From the human T2T-CHM13v2.0 reference genome, Homo sapiens, in assembly GCF_009914755.1 (NCBI RefSeq), contig NC_060928.1: a stretch of DNA of 64,000 nucleotides. One strand, given 5' to 3'. The notes under the pieces were generated by a model. The model saw nothing but the letters and a program-made list of their open reading frames with translations, made no database searches and was not told where the DNA came from. A program made the translations under genes and the position numbers. This document shows positions 27,737 through 42,455 of the stretch, in pieces. Position 1 is the first letter of the stretch; the number at the start of each line of letters is the position of its first letter.

Positions 27737-28318
27737 TGTGGGAGGCAGGATTCTAAGATGGCCCCCAAGATTCCTTCCCCCTGATGTATATACCTTTGTA
27801 TGTTTCCCTCCTCTTTAATGTGGGCAGAACCTGTAAATATGATAGGATTTCACGCTTGTGAATAGGTTACTAATCAGTCAACTTTGAATTAATCGAAAGG
27901 GAGATTCTCTGAGTGGGCTTAATCTATCGGTGACCCCTTAAAAGGGATTGGAACCTTCCTGCAGTCTAAGAGATTGGAAATGTGGGAGGCCCTATGGAGG
28001 GGGCCAGGTTAGCTGGGTCCTGAGGGCAGCCTTGTGAACTAGGAGCAACCCCTGACTGAGCAGCCAAGAAAATAGAATGTCAGTCCTACAATCACAGGGA
28101 ACTAAATTCTGCCAACACCTTGCATGAGTTTAGATGAGGACCTCTAGATCCTATTGAGTCTAAGTAAACACCTTGAGTTTGGTCTGGTGAGGCCCTGAGC
28201 AGTGGGCCCAGGGAATCCATGCCTGGACTCCTAACAGATAGAAACTGGGAGATTAGAAATTTGTGTTAAGATATTAAGTTTGTAGTAGTTTGTTTTGCAG
28301 AAATAGAAAGCTAATACA
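27737..28318 (+). mobile_element. MLT1E/F-like LTR
   Basis: tgtgggaggcaggattctaagatggcccccaaga ... gaaagctaataca. Confidence 0.88.
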
Positions 28319-29579
28319 CATTTATACATTTAGCAAGTATTTATAATATTCCTGCGAATGAACTAAACAAAGTATTATAAAAAGTTCCACTAAAATTAAC
28401 CAAAATAGATTTGACATTTTGTGTATGACTCTATGTGGACAAAATCAATTAGAAGACAGTTCGCTTGTCTGTTTGGGGTTAAGAATGTGTGTATAGCATT
28501 TTAATTTATTTTCTATTTATGAGAAATCTAATTACGATTATCATAATCGATTCAATCATGGCACTTCTTTGTGGTGGTCTTTATGAGCATGTGAAATAGC
28601 TGCTTTCTATTTTCATATACTTCATTCTGATGCATATTTACTGAAGTAATAATGTCTGAAGATCTATTTTGTATTTTAATTACCAGCATTTTCTTGCATA
28701 ATGAGTGTAATCTTTTATACTTATGCTCAATTACGATTTTGAGATAAAAATGTCTATTTACTTCTGGCTTCAAGGAAAATATTTTTCCTTCTCAACTGTT
28801 ACAGGCATAGTTCAAAGAAAACCTGGTATCATTTTATTGGTTCTAAGTTTATAAATAAATATATGATATCCTATTTATATCGATTTATAGATATAGTTTT
28901 CATTCTATACCCTACTTAGATGTATTTGTTGTTTTATTTTGCTTGCTTTTACATAAAACTTTACTTTTAAACTGTTTTTCTTACCTATTTAAAAATTTTT
29001 AGCCAACAATTGATATGAAATTTACAGGCTTCCACTGCAATTGTTGGCTTCACCCCCTAATCTCCCGCCTGGTGATGATAGGAGTAATAACTAACGCAGG
29101 TGACCTACCAAGGTAGCACAATAAGTGGGAGAACCAGGTTGTCTGAAACATAGCTCACTAATTTTTATACCACATTGGCAGCTATTTTTTCAGATATTTA
29201 TAAACATGTGTAGATATTTATAGAAAGCAAATGAATGCCAGAGAAAATTCACTTTTCTGTTCTTGAAAGCTAACATGCTACATAAAAGAAAACGTCCTTT
29301 GGAAATTGCAATGCTGATGTAAAACGTAGCAAAACAAAACAACACAAAAACAAAATTTAGAGTTTCCAAGTAAAGTCTATCAATCAGACCACATCATGTG
29401 AAATATCTGAGGTGTTCTGGAAACTCAGTAATATTAAATACTGATTATATGGAGTATACTTCATAGCCTCTAATTCATCATCCTGCTCATTCATTGTATA
29501 TAGACATTTCTTACTTCATCTGAATTGGTGTCCTTTCTTCTCCAGAATGTACTTAGATGGAAATACAGATATAAGCAAA

Positions 29580-29626
29580 TGTGTGTATGTGTGTGTGGTG
29601 TGTGTGTGTGTGTGTGTGTGTGTATG
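29580..29626. repeat. Interrupted (TG)n microsatellite
   Basis: Seen directly. Confidence 0.95.
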
Positions 29627-30169
29627 TTGCTGTGTCTCAGGAAAGAATTCATGTGACTGAGATTTTTTATATATATCATGTTGGTAAGGAATAGAATTGA
29701 GCTGGAAGTTATTGAAAGAGAAGACATTCAAAGTGGAAAAGATGCCGTTTTTGAAGGCACAGATGGGTTAATAACTAAAAGTTCAGAGAAAATAAACAGC
29801 TTATTAACTTCTGTGAAAAAGAGGACAAACTGGGGACAAACAAGAGATAAAATCCTTTAAGAGTGTGTATTGGAATATATTTAGTGAGAGACTTGAATCA
29901 TTTGGCATTTAAAGTAATCCCCAAATGAATAAGATGGAGATGAACACTAATTCTCAAACATGTAGCTGCAAACGGGAATGTAGGAGGGAATTTTTTTAAG
30001 TTACTAAGCAATCTTTCCAAAAAAATCACACATTTCCCCTCATCGTTTATTCCAAGTCCTCGTCTCAGCTTTGGATTTTTCCGGATGGCTCAGGCCTAAC
30101 GAAGGTAAATGTGGCCTGGATGATGGGAGTGGGTTTTGTGGGCTGCCCTAGCTCCCACATGGTGCTCTG

Positions 30170-30400
30170 AGAGCGGCACAGCATGCTGTTACAGAGTGTG
30201 GCCCGAGAGCCAGTCTCACACTTCTGATCTCTGTTTAAGTACCTGTTAATGTCTGATCCTGGGAAAATTATTTAACCTATCATTCTTCATCTATAAAATG
30301 TGGATTATAGGATCCCTCACAGGGCTATTATAGGGATCAAATGAGATTTTCTCCTTTTGTGTTTAATGTGTTCCATAGTATAGCAATCAACATATCAGCT
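30170..30400 (+). mobile_element. MIR SINE
   Basis: Core aattatttaacct...tcttcatctataaaatg...ctcacagggctattatagggatcaaatgagat. Confidence 0.75.
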
Positions 30401-32293
30401 TCCCAGAAAGGAAAAGACATGAAAATTTTAGGAAGGTAGTATAATTTGAAATATACAGCATAAAATTATCCAAAGAAGTATATAAGGTATGTCATAGTTA
30501 CTATATAGAAAATAGTAAGTTTTCATTCAGATACTTTAAAGCAAGGAAACTGACAATTACCACCTAATCTTGTCCTGCTAATAAGGTTTTTCATTATTTT
30601 ATCTTCTCTTAAAAGTGACACCTATATGCATAGACAGACAGTGACCTCAGTCACATCATCAGAATAATTTATAAACACTGTACTAAGTTATGTGTTTTTT
30701 AAGAACCTGAAAAACACAAATGAGGGTGCTATGTGCTTCGTTCTTCTACCAAGCCTGCAAATACTATTAATATCTTTGCATGTGTATATATTTAAAATTT
30801 ATCTCACATTTTTGACAAAGTATACAGACAAACATTGAAAGCTTTGCAAGTTTACAGCATTTGGGAGTTAAGGTAGATTCTGAAAGTCTTCCTATTATGT
30901 AACAATTGTTTAGCATCAACACTAAACTATATTCAGTACAAACCAAAGATTTAATCATAGTCCAAGACTATTACATTCATTAAAATTCCACTAATGAGGA
31001 ACTGCTAAGGCAATATTTCATTTTGAAAAAAGGGAAAGTTCCAATTTCAATTTTAAATGAATTTAAATTAGCATTTAAATGTGTTCTATAAACATGTGTC
31101 TGACTGAGTTATGATCAGTATGATCGTTACTGTAGTGATTATTATGTGCCCTTTAGTGAGCACTCACTGTGTATTGAAAGCCTTGCAAAACACAGTATGT
31201 TTAATTCTGCAGATTTCTGATGACTTTTTTCTCACGAGAACACAGAATACATTATAATATCTTTCCTCAGCCCTAACACATAGTAATAAAAAATTAAAGG
31301 AATTTTATTTTTGTTCCTAACAGCTTTGTCTATTCATTGAAATTTAAGAAACCAGGTAAATATAATTTTCTAAAATTACATCTAATGGTTGGTTGGTTTC
31401 CTGTTTGTCTTGTGAATTTTATGGGTTTCATTTTGACACTATATCTTTAAAAACCTGAAAACATCTAAAATATTGATTTTTAATCTGGTTATTTGATTAG
31501 TGTTCTTTCTAAACTGTCACTTTTTTCTGCTATATATTATTTATATTTCATAATTTTAATTCAAACATATTTCTATTAATTTTGAAAAGACACAAACCAA
31601 GTGCTGTAATTATATAATGTAATTCTGTAAAAACAATATTAAATATCATAATTGAAATATTATTTTGTGTATTCAAAATTGTTTTTTACTTTGGTAAGAT
31701 TGACAAATATTTTTGTTGGTAATCTTTCAGTGCTTTCGCTTAGTTACATGCCTTGGATATCAATGCATTTTTTTCCACAAAACCTTATTGAAGAGCTGAA
31801 ACAACCACATTCAAGAACCACTTCCCTTGTTCCTGTGAAGGACTATAAAAAACAAATTGAGAAATAAACAGATACGTCACAGAATTAATATTATTAAACA
31901 CCAAACACTATTCAGTATTAAATACTGTAGTTGGAAGTTTGTTAACTTGGGTATTTCTTCAAAGTGAGGAACTTTTGCTAACGTCAGATCAGTTGATCAC
32001 AATCACTGTCTTTCAAAGGGCTTTGTTTAAAAAAGAAATCTTTCTAAATCTTGCTATTGTAAATCATTTTAATGAAATAGTGATCGCGAGTTTTATGAAT
32101 AAAATACTTTGTGGTACAAGATATTAGGCCAAAACTCCACAAATTCAACATATAACAATTCAATAAAATTTTGAATTGTGTTAATGTTATTTGTTATTTT
32201 GTGTCTATAATCGCTAATTACTGCATTGTAGTGCATCCTTTTTAACATATTAATGAAAATAAGTAACATAAAGGTACAGGCAATGACATTATA

Positions 32294-32813
32294 TGAAGTG
32301 TCTGCAAAAAGTTTATGGAAAAAAATATATATATGAGGAGAAAACTATGCATAAATTTCAGAAATGTTTTGTACCCAAATAAACTTGTACTAACTTGTTA
32401 TAACATGTCTGAGTAGGATCTAATTTGAGACACTAAGAAGGATAAGGCATCAGTGAGAAAAGAGCCCCTAGAGCTCCTATCTTAGCAACACGAATTCTGC
32501 TAGCATTGAAGCAAGAACAGACATCCAATTTATGGTGAGGCTTGAGTAGAAGAAGGGCAAAATTACTGATGCTTTATGAAAAGTTTAGGGGGACAATGCC
32601 TCAAAGATATCAGCAGCTTATAAATAGAGAACTCATTTTAAGAAGGGACAAGATTATGTTGAAGATGATGCCTGCAGCAGCAGACCATCCATATCAATTT
32701 GTGAGGAAACAAATTCGTCTTGTGTGTGCCCTACTTGAAAAGAACTGATGATTAATAACAGAAACAATAGGTGACACCATAGACATCTCAAATTGTTCAG
32801 CTTACGAAATTCT
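32294..32813 (+). mobile_element. HSMAR2 mariner, 5' portion
   Basis: TA followed by TIR-like tgaagtgtctgcaaaaagtttatggaaaa; transposase start aattctgctagcattgaagcaagaacagacatc (NSASIEARTDI vs NSAKIEARTNI). Confidence 0.9.
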
Positions 32814-33050
<237 letters not shown>

Positions 33051-33459
33051 TAGTAACTTAAAAAATGTGAATGCTACAATTCAAACTTTTTAAAAATTAT
33101 ATTTTATAAACAATTAATTTTGTAAACTTTAAATAATAATGTTTATTTTCAAACAACTGTCATCTTTGATTTAAAGGGCTGAAAAAATAAGGGTAAAATT
33201 TAATTTACAAAATCAAATAAGTGAAAAATAAATATATATAATTAAGTTTTAAGTGAACTTTGTGTAAATTTGTAACATTGATACTTTGGGAGATGCTACA
33301 GCTGAAAATAGCATAAGATTTTGGAGACAGCGTCTACATTTCTAAAACATATTTTTCCTTTAAGTAGAAATTTTACCTCAAAGTAGATAGATGTCTACCA
33401 AATTGCTCATATTATCAGATATGTCTTAAATCTTATTTGGATAACTTCAACAGATATTT

Positions 33460-36400
33460 GTAGTTTAACTTTTTATTGAGATAATGGTAGATTCACATGC
33501 AATGGTAGAAAAATAATAGAGAATAAAATAATAATAATGTCTCAGTCTTCCCCCATCCCCAATGATAATATTTTGCAAGACTACACTATAATATCACAAC
33601 CTGAATATTGTCATTGATTTAATCCACCTGTCTGGTTCAGATTTCTCAAATTTTACTGTGTCATTTGTGGGTGTATGTATTTAATTCAATATAGTTTTCT
33701 CATGAGTCATTTCATATATGATTACCGTAGTCAAGATACTTAACGGTTCTAGCATTACAAGGATGCTATGTTTTGCCCTTTTATAACCATGCCACGTGCC
33801 TTCTGCTTCCACCCACTGCTGCCCAATTCATTTCAAAAACGTTGTATAAATGGAGTCATCCATATGTAAATGTTGTGGATTGGCTCTTTTTTGTTGTTCT
33901 TAATTGATTATTCTATTGGTAAGACTTCTGGTAAACAGAAGGCAATTATTAGTAGTTAAGTTTTGGGGGAGCCAAAAGTTATATGTGGGTTTTTGACTGT
34001 GTGGAGGGTTGGTGCCCATAACCTCCATTTTTTTTTTCTTTTTCAACTTCTATTTTAGAATCAGGGGGCGCATGTGCAAGTTTGTTACTTGGGTTTGCTG
34101 CATGATGCTGCGGTTTGGAGCACAAATGATCCCATTAACCAGCTATGGAGTATAATACCCAACACTTTTTCAACTCTTGTGCCCCTCCACACCTCCCCTC
34201 TCAAGCAGTCCCCAGTGTCTGTTGTTAGCATTGTGGATTGGCTTTTTCAATCAGCATAATTCCCTGGAGAGTCATGCAAGTTGTGTGTATACTTTTTGTG
34301 ACTGAGTAGTATTCCCTAGAATGTATGTACCAGAGTTTTTTAACCATTCTCTTGTTGAAGGGCATCTGAGTTGATTTCAGTGTTTGGCTATTACAGATAA
34401 AGCAGCTATTAAATGTATGGACAGGTTTTCATGTAAATAGACATTTTTCATTTCTGGAGAAAAAGCCCAAGAGAACAATTGCTGGATCATATGGTAATTG
34501 CTTGTTTAATTTTATTTTATAGCCCTGCCCAACTGTCTTCCAGAGTGGTTATATCATTTTACATTTCTTCCAGCAGTGTGTGAGTAATACAGTTTCTCAG
34601 CCTTACCAACTTGTGTTATCACTATTTTTTAATTCATTCAGTGATAAATAGATAATCGGATAGGTGTGTTGCAATATCTCACTTGTGGTTTTCATTTGCA
34701 TTTCTCTAATGGCAAACAATGTCAAAACACTGATCATCTTTTCATGTGCTTATTTTCCACCTGTATGTCCTCTTCACTGAAATATCTGCTCATATTTGAA
34801 GCCCATTGTCTTTTTAAGGTATATTGTTCATGTTTTCACCATTGGGTTTTGAGAGGTCTTTCCATATTCTAAATAATAGGTTTTCTGTCCGATATGTGAT
34901 TTGTAAATATTATCTCCTGGACTGTAGCTGTTTTCTTTTCATCTTCAGATGGGCTTTCAAGAACAAAAGTCTTCAAGTTTGATGAAGTCCAATTTATTTG
35001 CTTTTATTTTACGAATCATACTTTTGGTGTCAAGTGTAACAATTCTTTGCCTAGCTCTAGATCTCAATTACTTTCTTTAATTTTTTTCAAAAAAAGCTTA
35101 TCGTTTTATGTTTTACTTTTAAGACTGTAATCCATTTTGTTAGTTTTGAATAATAGATGAGATTTAAGTCAAATTTTCTTTTTAAAAAAATTTTTGCCTA
35201 TGTATGTCAAATTTCTCCAGCACTATTTATTAAAAGAGCTATTCTTTCTTCACTGAATTGCTGTTGCTCCTTTGTGACAAATCACTTAGGCATTTTTGTA
35301 TGAGTCTATTTTTTTCATTCTCTTTTCTCTTCTGTTGTTCAATAGGTCTCTTTCTTCCCACTCCACACTATCTTGCTTACTGTAGCTATATAGGAAGCTT
35401 TAATATTGGGGAGAGTTATTCTTCCCATTTCATTCTTCTTTGTCAAAATTGCATTTGAGGGCCTATGACTTTCCAAATAAATTTTAGAATAAGCTTTTCT
35501 ATGTCTTAAAAAAGAAAATATTGCTGGGACTTTGTTAAGAATTGCATTATACCTATAAATCAATTTGAGAAGAATTGACATCCTTATTATGTTGAGTCTT
35601 TCAATCCATAAACATGGTATGTCTCTCCCTTTGTTTAAATTTCTTTATTAATTTATCAATGTATTATAATTTTTGGCATACAGATCTTCTACATGTTTTA
35701 TTAATTATATATCTATCAAGTTCACTTTTAGAGCAGTTGTAAATAGTATTGTGGTTTTCATTTTTGCCTATGTTCATTGTTAATATAGAGAGATATGATT
35801 GATCTTTGTGTGTTGATCTTATATTTTGTGACCTTGCTAGACTCATGTATTAGTTATAGAAGGTTTTTTTTTTTAGATTTGGAAGATACTTTGGGATAGT
35901 CTATGTAGATAATCTTGTTATCTGCAAATAGAAAGTTTTATTTTTTCTCTTTTCAATAAGTATGCCTTTTATTTCTACGTCCTGCCTATTCCAGTGACTA
36001 CAACATCTATGCCAAATAAGAGCAGTGAGAGATAATATCACTTCTTGGTTTCTATCTTAGGGAAAAAGCATGCAGTTTTAATTATTATATTCACTATAGA
36101 TATTTGTATACATTCTCTTTATCAAGTTGAGATATGTTACCTAACTTGTTGAGAGTTTTCATTATGAATGAGTATTGGATTTTGTCAAATGCTTTTTCTA
36201 CATCAGTTGAGATGAGCATAGGAATTTTTTCCTTTAGCTTTTTGGATTATAATTGATTTTTAAATGCTGAACCAGCCTTGCATACCTGGTAAATCCCACT
36301 TAGTCATGGTGTATAATTCATTTTTACACTGTTGAATTTTTGTTGCTAATATTTTGTGGAGAATGTTTCCATCTAACCTCATGAAATGTATTGGCATGTA

Positions 36401-36910
36401 GTTTTCTTTTTTTGTACTTCCTTTTTCTGGCTTTGGTATCAGAATAATACTGGCTCATCAAATTAGTTTGAAAATGTTCCTTCCTCTTTCATTTTTTCTG
36501 GAAGATATGTATAAAATTGCTGTTAATTCTTTAAAGAGTTGATACAATTATTCAGTTAAACTATTTAAACCTGGAAATTTATTTTTCTGGCTCTTTCAAA
36601 TTACAAATTAAATTTCATGAATGGTAATAGAAATTATTCACATGATCTCATTGTGGTTGATTTTTGGTTTGTGGTTTATGAGAAATTGATCCATTTTTCT
36701 AAGTTGTCAAATTCATGAGCACAAGCTCGTTTGCAGTATTTGATAATTATCTTTTTAAAGGCCATAGGATCTGTAATAATCCCTTATTTCATTCCTGATA
36801 TTGCTTATTTCTATCTCTTCTTTTTTTATGTCAGTCTTGCTAGAGGTTTATTACTTTTTTTCAAAGAACAAGCTTTTTATTTTACTGATTTTCTCTACTG
36901 TTTTTCTACA
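33460..36910 (-). mobile_element. Old L1 (L1MC-like) 3' end and ORF2
   Basis: 3' end tttttattgagataatggtagattcacatgca; degenerate ORF2 in ORFs 35339..35581 and 35664..35846. Confidence 0.85.
33886..34230 (-). mobile_element. Short old primate L1 (L1PA15/16 or L1PB-like) 3' end plus Tigger2/MER28-like fragment within one TSD pair
   Basis: TSD ttgtggattggct at 33873-33885 and 34231-34243; T-tracts at 33886-33900 and 34028-34043. Confidence 0.75.
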
Positions 36911-37471
36911 TCTTTTCTGAGTGACCTGTTGTCAAAGACTCGGTTCTGCTTGCTTCATATTAGGGTGCTGCACACTGTGAGTGATTACACATTAAGGAAT
37001 AAAAAATAAAATGAGGACCTAAAAGAGCTATGAAGAAATTTTTAGAAAGGGAGAGCAGTTTCTTTTGCAATTCACTTGGGTCGAGCTTCTGAAAGAAAGT
37101 CAATTTTAAAGCTATCGAGCACTGTATTAGTCTCTTTGTGTGGGTGTGTATGTGTGTGTGTATACGGAAAAAAATTATATACAGAAACAGATACATCATA
37201 TATTATATATAGATGCTACTGAAACATTAAAGAATTAAATAGACACTTAATTTGGGAATTTGGATAAACTTCCTGTGTTAAATAATTTTTTTTGTGATGA
37301 GTTTTGAAAGACCGGAAGGGTTTTAAGAGATATGGAAATGAATTCTAAAGAAGAAAACATTGTGAGAAAAAAGTTAAGGATTTGGGGAAACATAGAAACA
37401 GATTGAAGTGCTGTTGAAAGGTAATTTAGTATTTTTGAAGATACTATTTGAGTGATAAGAATACAAACAGG

Positions 37472-37856
<385 letters not shown>

Positions 37857-38049
37857 TTAATAATTTAGGTTTTATTTTGTTGGCCATAAGCCAAATAGGT
37901 ATAGGTTACATAAAGTTCAAAGAATATATGAGAGTCTGAGGATTTCTATTCTTGAAGACAAAATGTGTAAGTGAAATATCTGTTCCTGAAAGTGAAAAGG
38001 TACAAGACTTAATGAAGTGTAACTAATAACTAATAAATACGAGTACTCT

Positions 38050-38630
38050 TTGGTTTTACGGCCATTGGATATTCTCTTTTGAGAAGTGACCGTGCAAGTA
38101 CTTAGCCCAATTTTCTATTGTCTTTTTCACTGATTTGAAGGAGAACTGTCTGTTCTGGATGTGAGTTCTTTTCTTTTCTTTTTTTTTTTTTTTTTAGTCT
38201 GTTACATTTATGGGTTTGTGAGTGTTCTGGAAAATTGCAGTATGTGTGAAGACCAATTTCCTTGCTGGCATTGCATGCATCCAAATATTAATGCACAGAG
38301 GCACAGAATTAGAGCAACAAGAAAGCATATTCCAACACTAGCATGCCCCATACCCCCTTTTGATTGCTTGTTTGCTTAGTACTTCATATATGTGTTTTGT
38401 AAGTATTTTGTCCACATTTGTGGCTTTTATTATTTTAAGATTTTGCTTTGATGAAGAGAATCTTTCAGTTTAAATGTAGTCCAGTTTATTCAGTTTTTCT
38501 TTCAAATTTAGCTGTTTTTCATTTTTTTTAACAAAATTATTTGCCTACTCAAAGGTCCTGACATTGTTTCCCATGTTTTCCTCCAAGAGTTTTATTGATT
38601 TATCTTTGCTATTTAGATCTGAAATCAATC
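38050..38630 (-). mobile_element. Very old L1 (L1ME-like) fragments
   Basis: Degenerate antisense ORF2 3' sequence (ttctcttttgagaagtgacc, tttgatgaagagaatctttcagttt). Confidence 0.55.
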
Positions 38631-39065
38631 AGGGTCAGAAGCAGAAGAAACAGGAATGAGAACCCTAGGGAACAAAAAGAAAACAAATAATAAAATGAAA
38701 GACTTAATCCCTAGTTATTAATAACTACTTGATAAATACTTATTTAACTGGTTAATATATTAACTTGAACTTAAATATAGCAAAAGCAGAAATTGGCAGA
38801 ACAGATAAAAATTTTTTGACCCAACTACATACTTTATTTAAAAAACTCACTTACAAACGTACTGACAAATGTAGGCAGAAAATAAGGGATGAAAAATGAT
38901 TCATCATGCAAATGCAAATATTAACTAAAAAGGAATGAATAAATATATTAACATCAGATAAATCAGACTTCAGACATAAGAAAATTACTAGGAAAAAGAG
39001 ACATCACAAGATGATAAAATGATCAATTCACCAAATACATATAGAAATCTCAAGTGTATCAATAC

Positions 39066-39416
39066 TGCTATTGACCAAATTGTGTTGCCTGAAACAGTGG
39101 TGTTAAAGACCCATCCTCAATGTGGTGGTATTTGGAATAAGTAAGTAAACAAAGTTAAATGAAATCACTTTGATAGGATGAGTGTCCTCACAAGAGAAGA
39201 AACCAGAGAGCTCTCTCTCTCTCTCTCTCTCTCCCATATGAAGAAATAGTGAGAAGGTTGCTATCTACAAGCCAGTAAGAGAGCCCTCATCACAAACCAA
39301 ATTGGCTAGCACCTTGATCTTGGACTTATCAGCCTCTAGAATTGTGAGAAAATACATATGTTTTTTAGTCACACAGTCTATGACATTTTGTTAGAGCAGT
39401 TCAAACAGACTAAGAA
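39066..39416 (+). mobile_element. MLT1A/MST-type LTR
   Basis: agcaccttgatcttggacttatcagcctctagaattgtgagaaaat ... cagactaaga. Confidence 0.85.
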
Positions 39417-39511
39417 AAATAGAAAAAGACGAGGCTTAAAAATACAGGAAGCAAAAACTAATAGAGGTTAAAGGAGGACTAGACAAACCTACTTATAGTT
39501 AAGAACTGAAT

Positions 39512-39803
<292 letters not shown>

Positions 39804-40202
39804 GAACAAAAAAGAACACTACCACTACCAACTAACACTACCAATGAATTAACATTTATAGAACACTCCACATAGCAACAGCTGAATGTTTATTCTTCTC
39901 CGGTGCCCACAGCACATTACCCAAAGTAAGCATACCTTGGTTCATAAAACCTCAATCAATTTAAAAGAATTAAAATATTTGAGATAGGTTCTCTTACCAT
40001 AGTGGAAACAATTAGAAACCAATATTAGAGAGACGTCAGAAAAATCTTTATAAACGTGAAAATTAAACAACACAATATTTAATATCTCATGGATAAAGAA
40101 GTCTTTATACGTATTAAAATAAAATTAAGTACAAAATATCAAAATTTGTAGGATACAATTAGAGCAATGCTAAGAAACAAATTTGAAACACTAAATTTTT
40201 AC

Positions 40203-41792
40203 TGTGATGGTTTATTTTTTGTGTCAACTTGACTAGGATAAGGGATGCCAGATAGCTCGTAAAATATTATTTCTGGGCATGTTTGTGAGGGTGTTTCCAG
40301 AAGAGATTACCAATTTTATCAGCAAATTGAGAGAGAATGCCACCTTTACTAATGTGGATGGTCATCACACAGTCCATTGAGGGCCTGAAGAGTACAACAA
40401 GGTGGAGAAAGAGTGAATTCACTCTCTTCACTTGAGCTAAAACATCTATCTTCTCTTGATCAGTTGAAAAATTTATCTCTCAGATGCATTCAATTGAATA
40501 ATTTATCCCTGGATATTTGTACTAAAACCTGTTAAAACCAAGAGTCTATACATCATATTAGTTAACAGGAAGTTGTTCTGATATATACAGTAAAAGGAAA
40601 TGGAAAGCATTATTTTCAAATCAATCACACAACATAAATTCGATCAAATATGAGTCTATCATATTATGATGAACTCTGATGGTCTTGCAATTGCTTTTAT
40701 ATTTTTTCCAATAGGACTTGATATTTGGGGTATGCACATCAAGAGGTGAAATGAAATGGAAGCTGGAATCATTATGTATAGACTGATCATGTTAGAAACA
40801 AATGAGAGACTGAATGTTACTATGGGAAACCCATAAGTCAGATTAAATGGGAGAGCCAGGTTGAACTATGCATCACAAAATAAGCAGCAAAGTTGGGCAG
40901 AATGGTCAAATAACCAACAGCTAGCTGACGGGTAGTATTTATGATACCAAAACCCCATATTTCCCTCTCCAGAACATGACCATGATAATAGTTGAGTTTG
41001 TGGCTAAAACAATACTTGTCAATTTGTAAGTAAGGACCTGGACCACCAATCTGTATCAGATGTAGTTCAAAATAATACTTGCATACTTTGCTATAGAAAT
41101 TGTAGATGTCAACTATAGTATGGGTTGAAATTCCAGTAATAGCAATAGCCATTTTGTGTGTGACTTTCATTCACCATAAGAATAGATGATGAAGCCACAT
41201 TTTCAGGGAGACATTGAATTTTGTGAAAAAGATTCCTTTCAAAGACAGACCCACGACAATTGTCAATTTCAGAGAGTACATATCCTAAATAGCCATCTTT
41301 GCACTGATATCATACCATCTACCATAAAGGTTAGTGACAAAAAGAACATTCAGGAGCCACATATAACAAATTAAAAACACTAAAAAGTTTTGAATTTGAC
41401 CCACAAGGGTTGATCACAATTGATTAATTTGATGCACCACAATTGAGGAATTTGATTCACAGGGACCAATTGTTCAAATCATCTTCTTCTCCTGCCTTCG
41501 GACTCCTGGTGCTCTTGGTTCTCAAGCCTTTGCACTTGGACAGGAACCTACACCATCAGCCTTTGTGGTTTTTAAGCTCTTTCAACTCCAATCGGATCTT
41601 ATACCATTGGCTCCTCCTGGTTCTCAGGCCTATGGGTTTGGGTTGCAATGACAACACTGGTTTTCCTGGGCCTCCACCTTGCAGAGAGAAGATAGTGGGA
41701 CTTCTCAGCCTCTATAATTGTGTGAGCCAATACCTCATAGTAAATCTCTTTTTGTATTGATTCTGTTTCTTTGGAAATCCCTAAGTAACACA
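40203..41792 (+). mobile_element. MLT2 (ERVL) solo LTR split by Merlin
   Basis: tgtgatggtttattttttgtgtcaacttgact ... ctaagtaacaca; 5-bp TSD tttac/gttac. Confidence 0.9.
40456..41477 (-). mobile_element. Merlin (IS1016/IS1595-related) DNA transposon, Merlin1_HS-like, with decayed DDE transposase
   Basis: ORF 40838..41170 contains IGGPGPYLQIDKYCFSHKLNYYHGH..WGFG; another frame (40860-40558) gives PGSPI*SDLW..VHTPNIKSYW..IDSYLIEFML; imperfect TIRs ttgatcagttg / caattgttcaa. Confidence 0.88.
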
Positions 41793-42105
41793 GTTACATT
41801 AGAACAGAGATCTCATAACTATAATCTATTTTTGCCTCAGGAAATGAGTTAAAAAGAGCAAAATAAACCCAAGCAGACAAAAGTAAGGAAATAATAAAGA
41901 TAAAAGCAGAAATAAATGACATTGAAACAGAAAAACAATAAAGAAGATGATACAAAAAACTCATTCTTCAAATAAAATCAATCAATACAACTGATAAATC
42001 TTCAGCAAGACTGATAAAAATAAAAAGAGAGAAAACACATTATTAGTATCAGGCACTAAGCAGGGATATTATAAAATATCTGGCAACTATTAAAGAGATA
42101 AGGGA

Positions 42106-42455
<350 letters not shown>

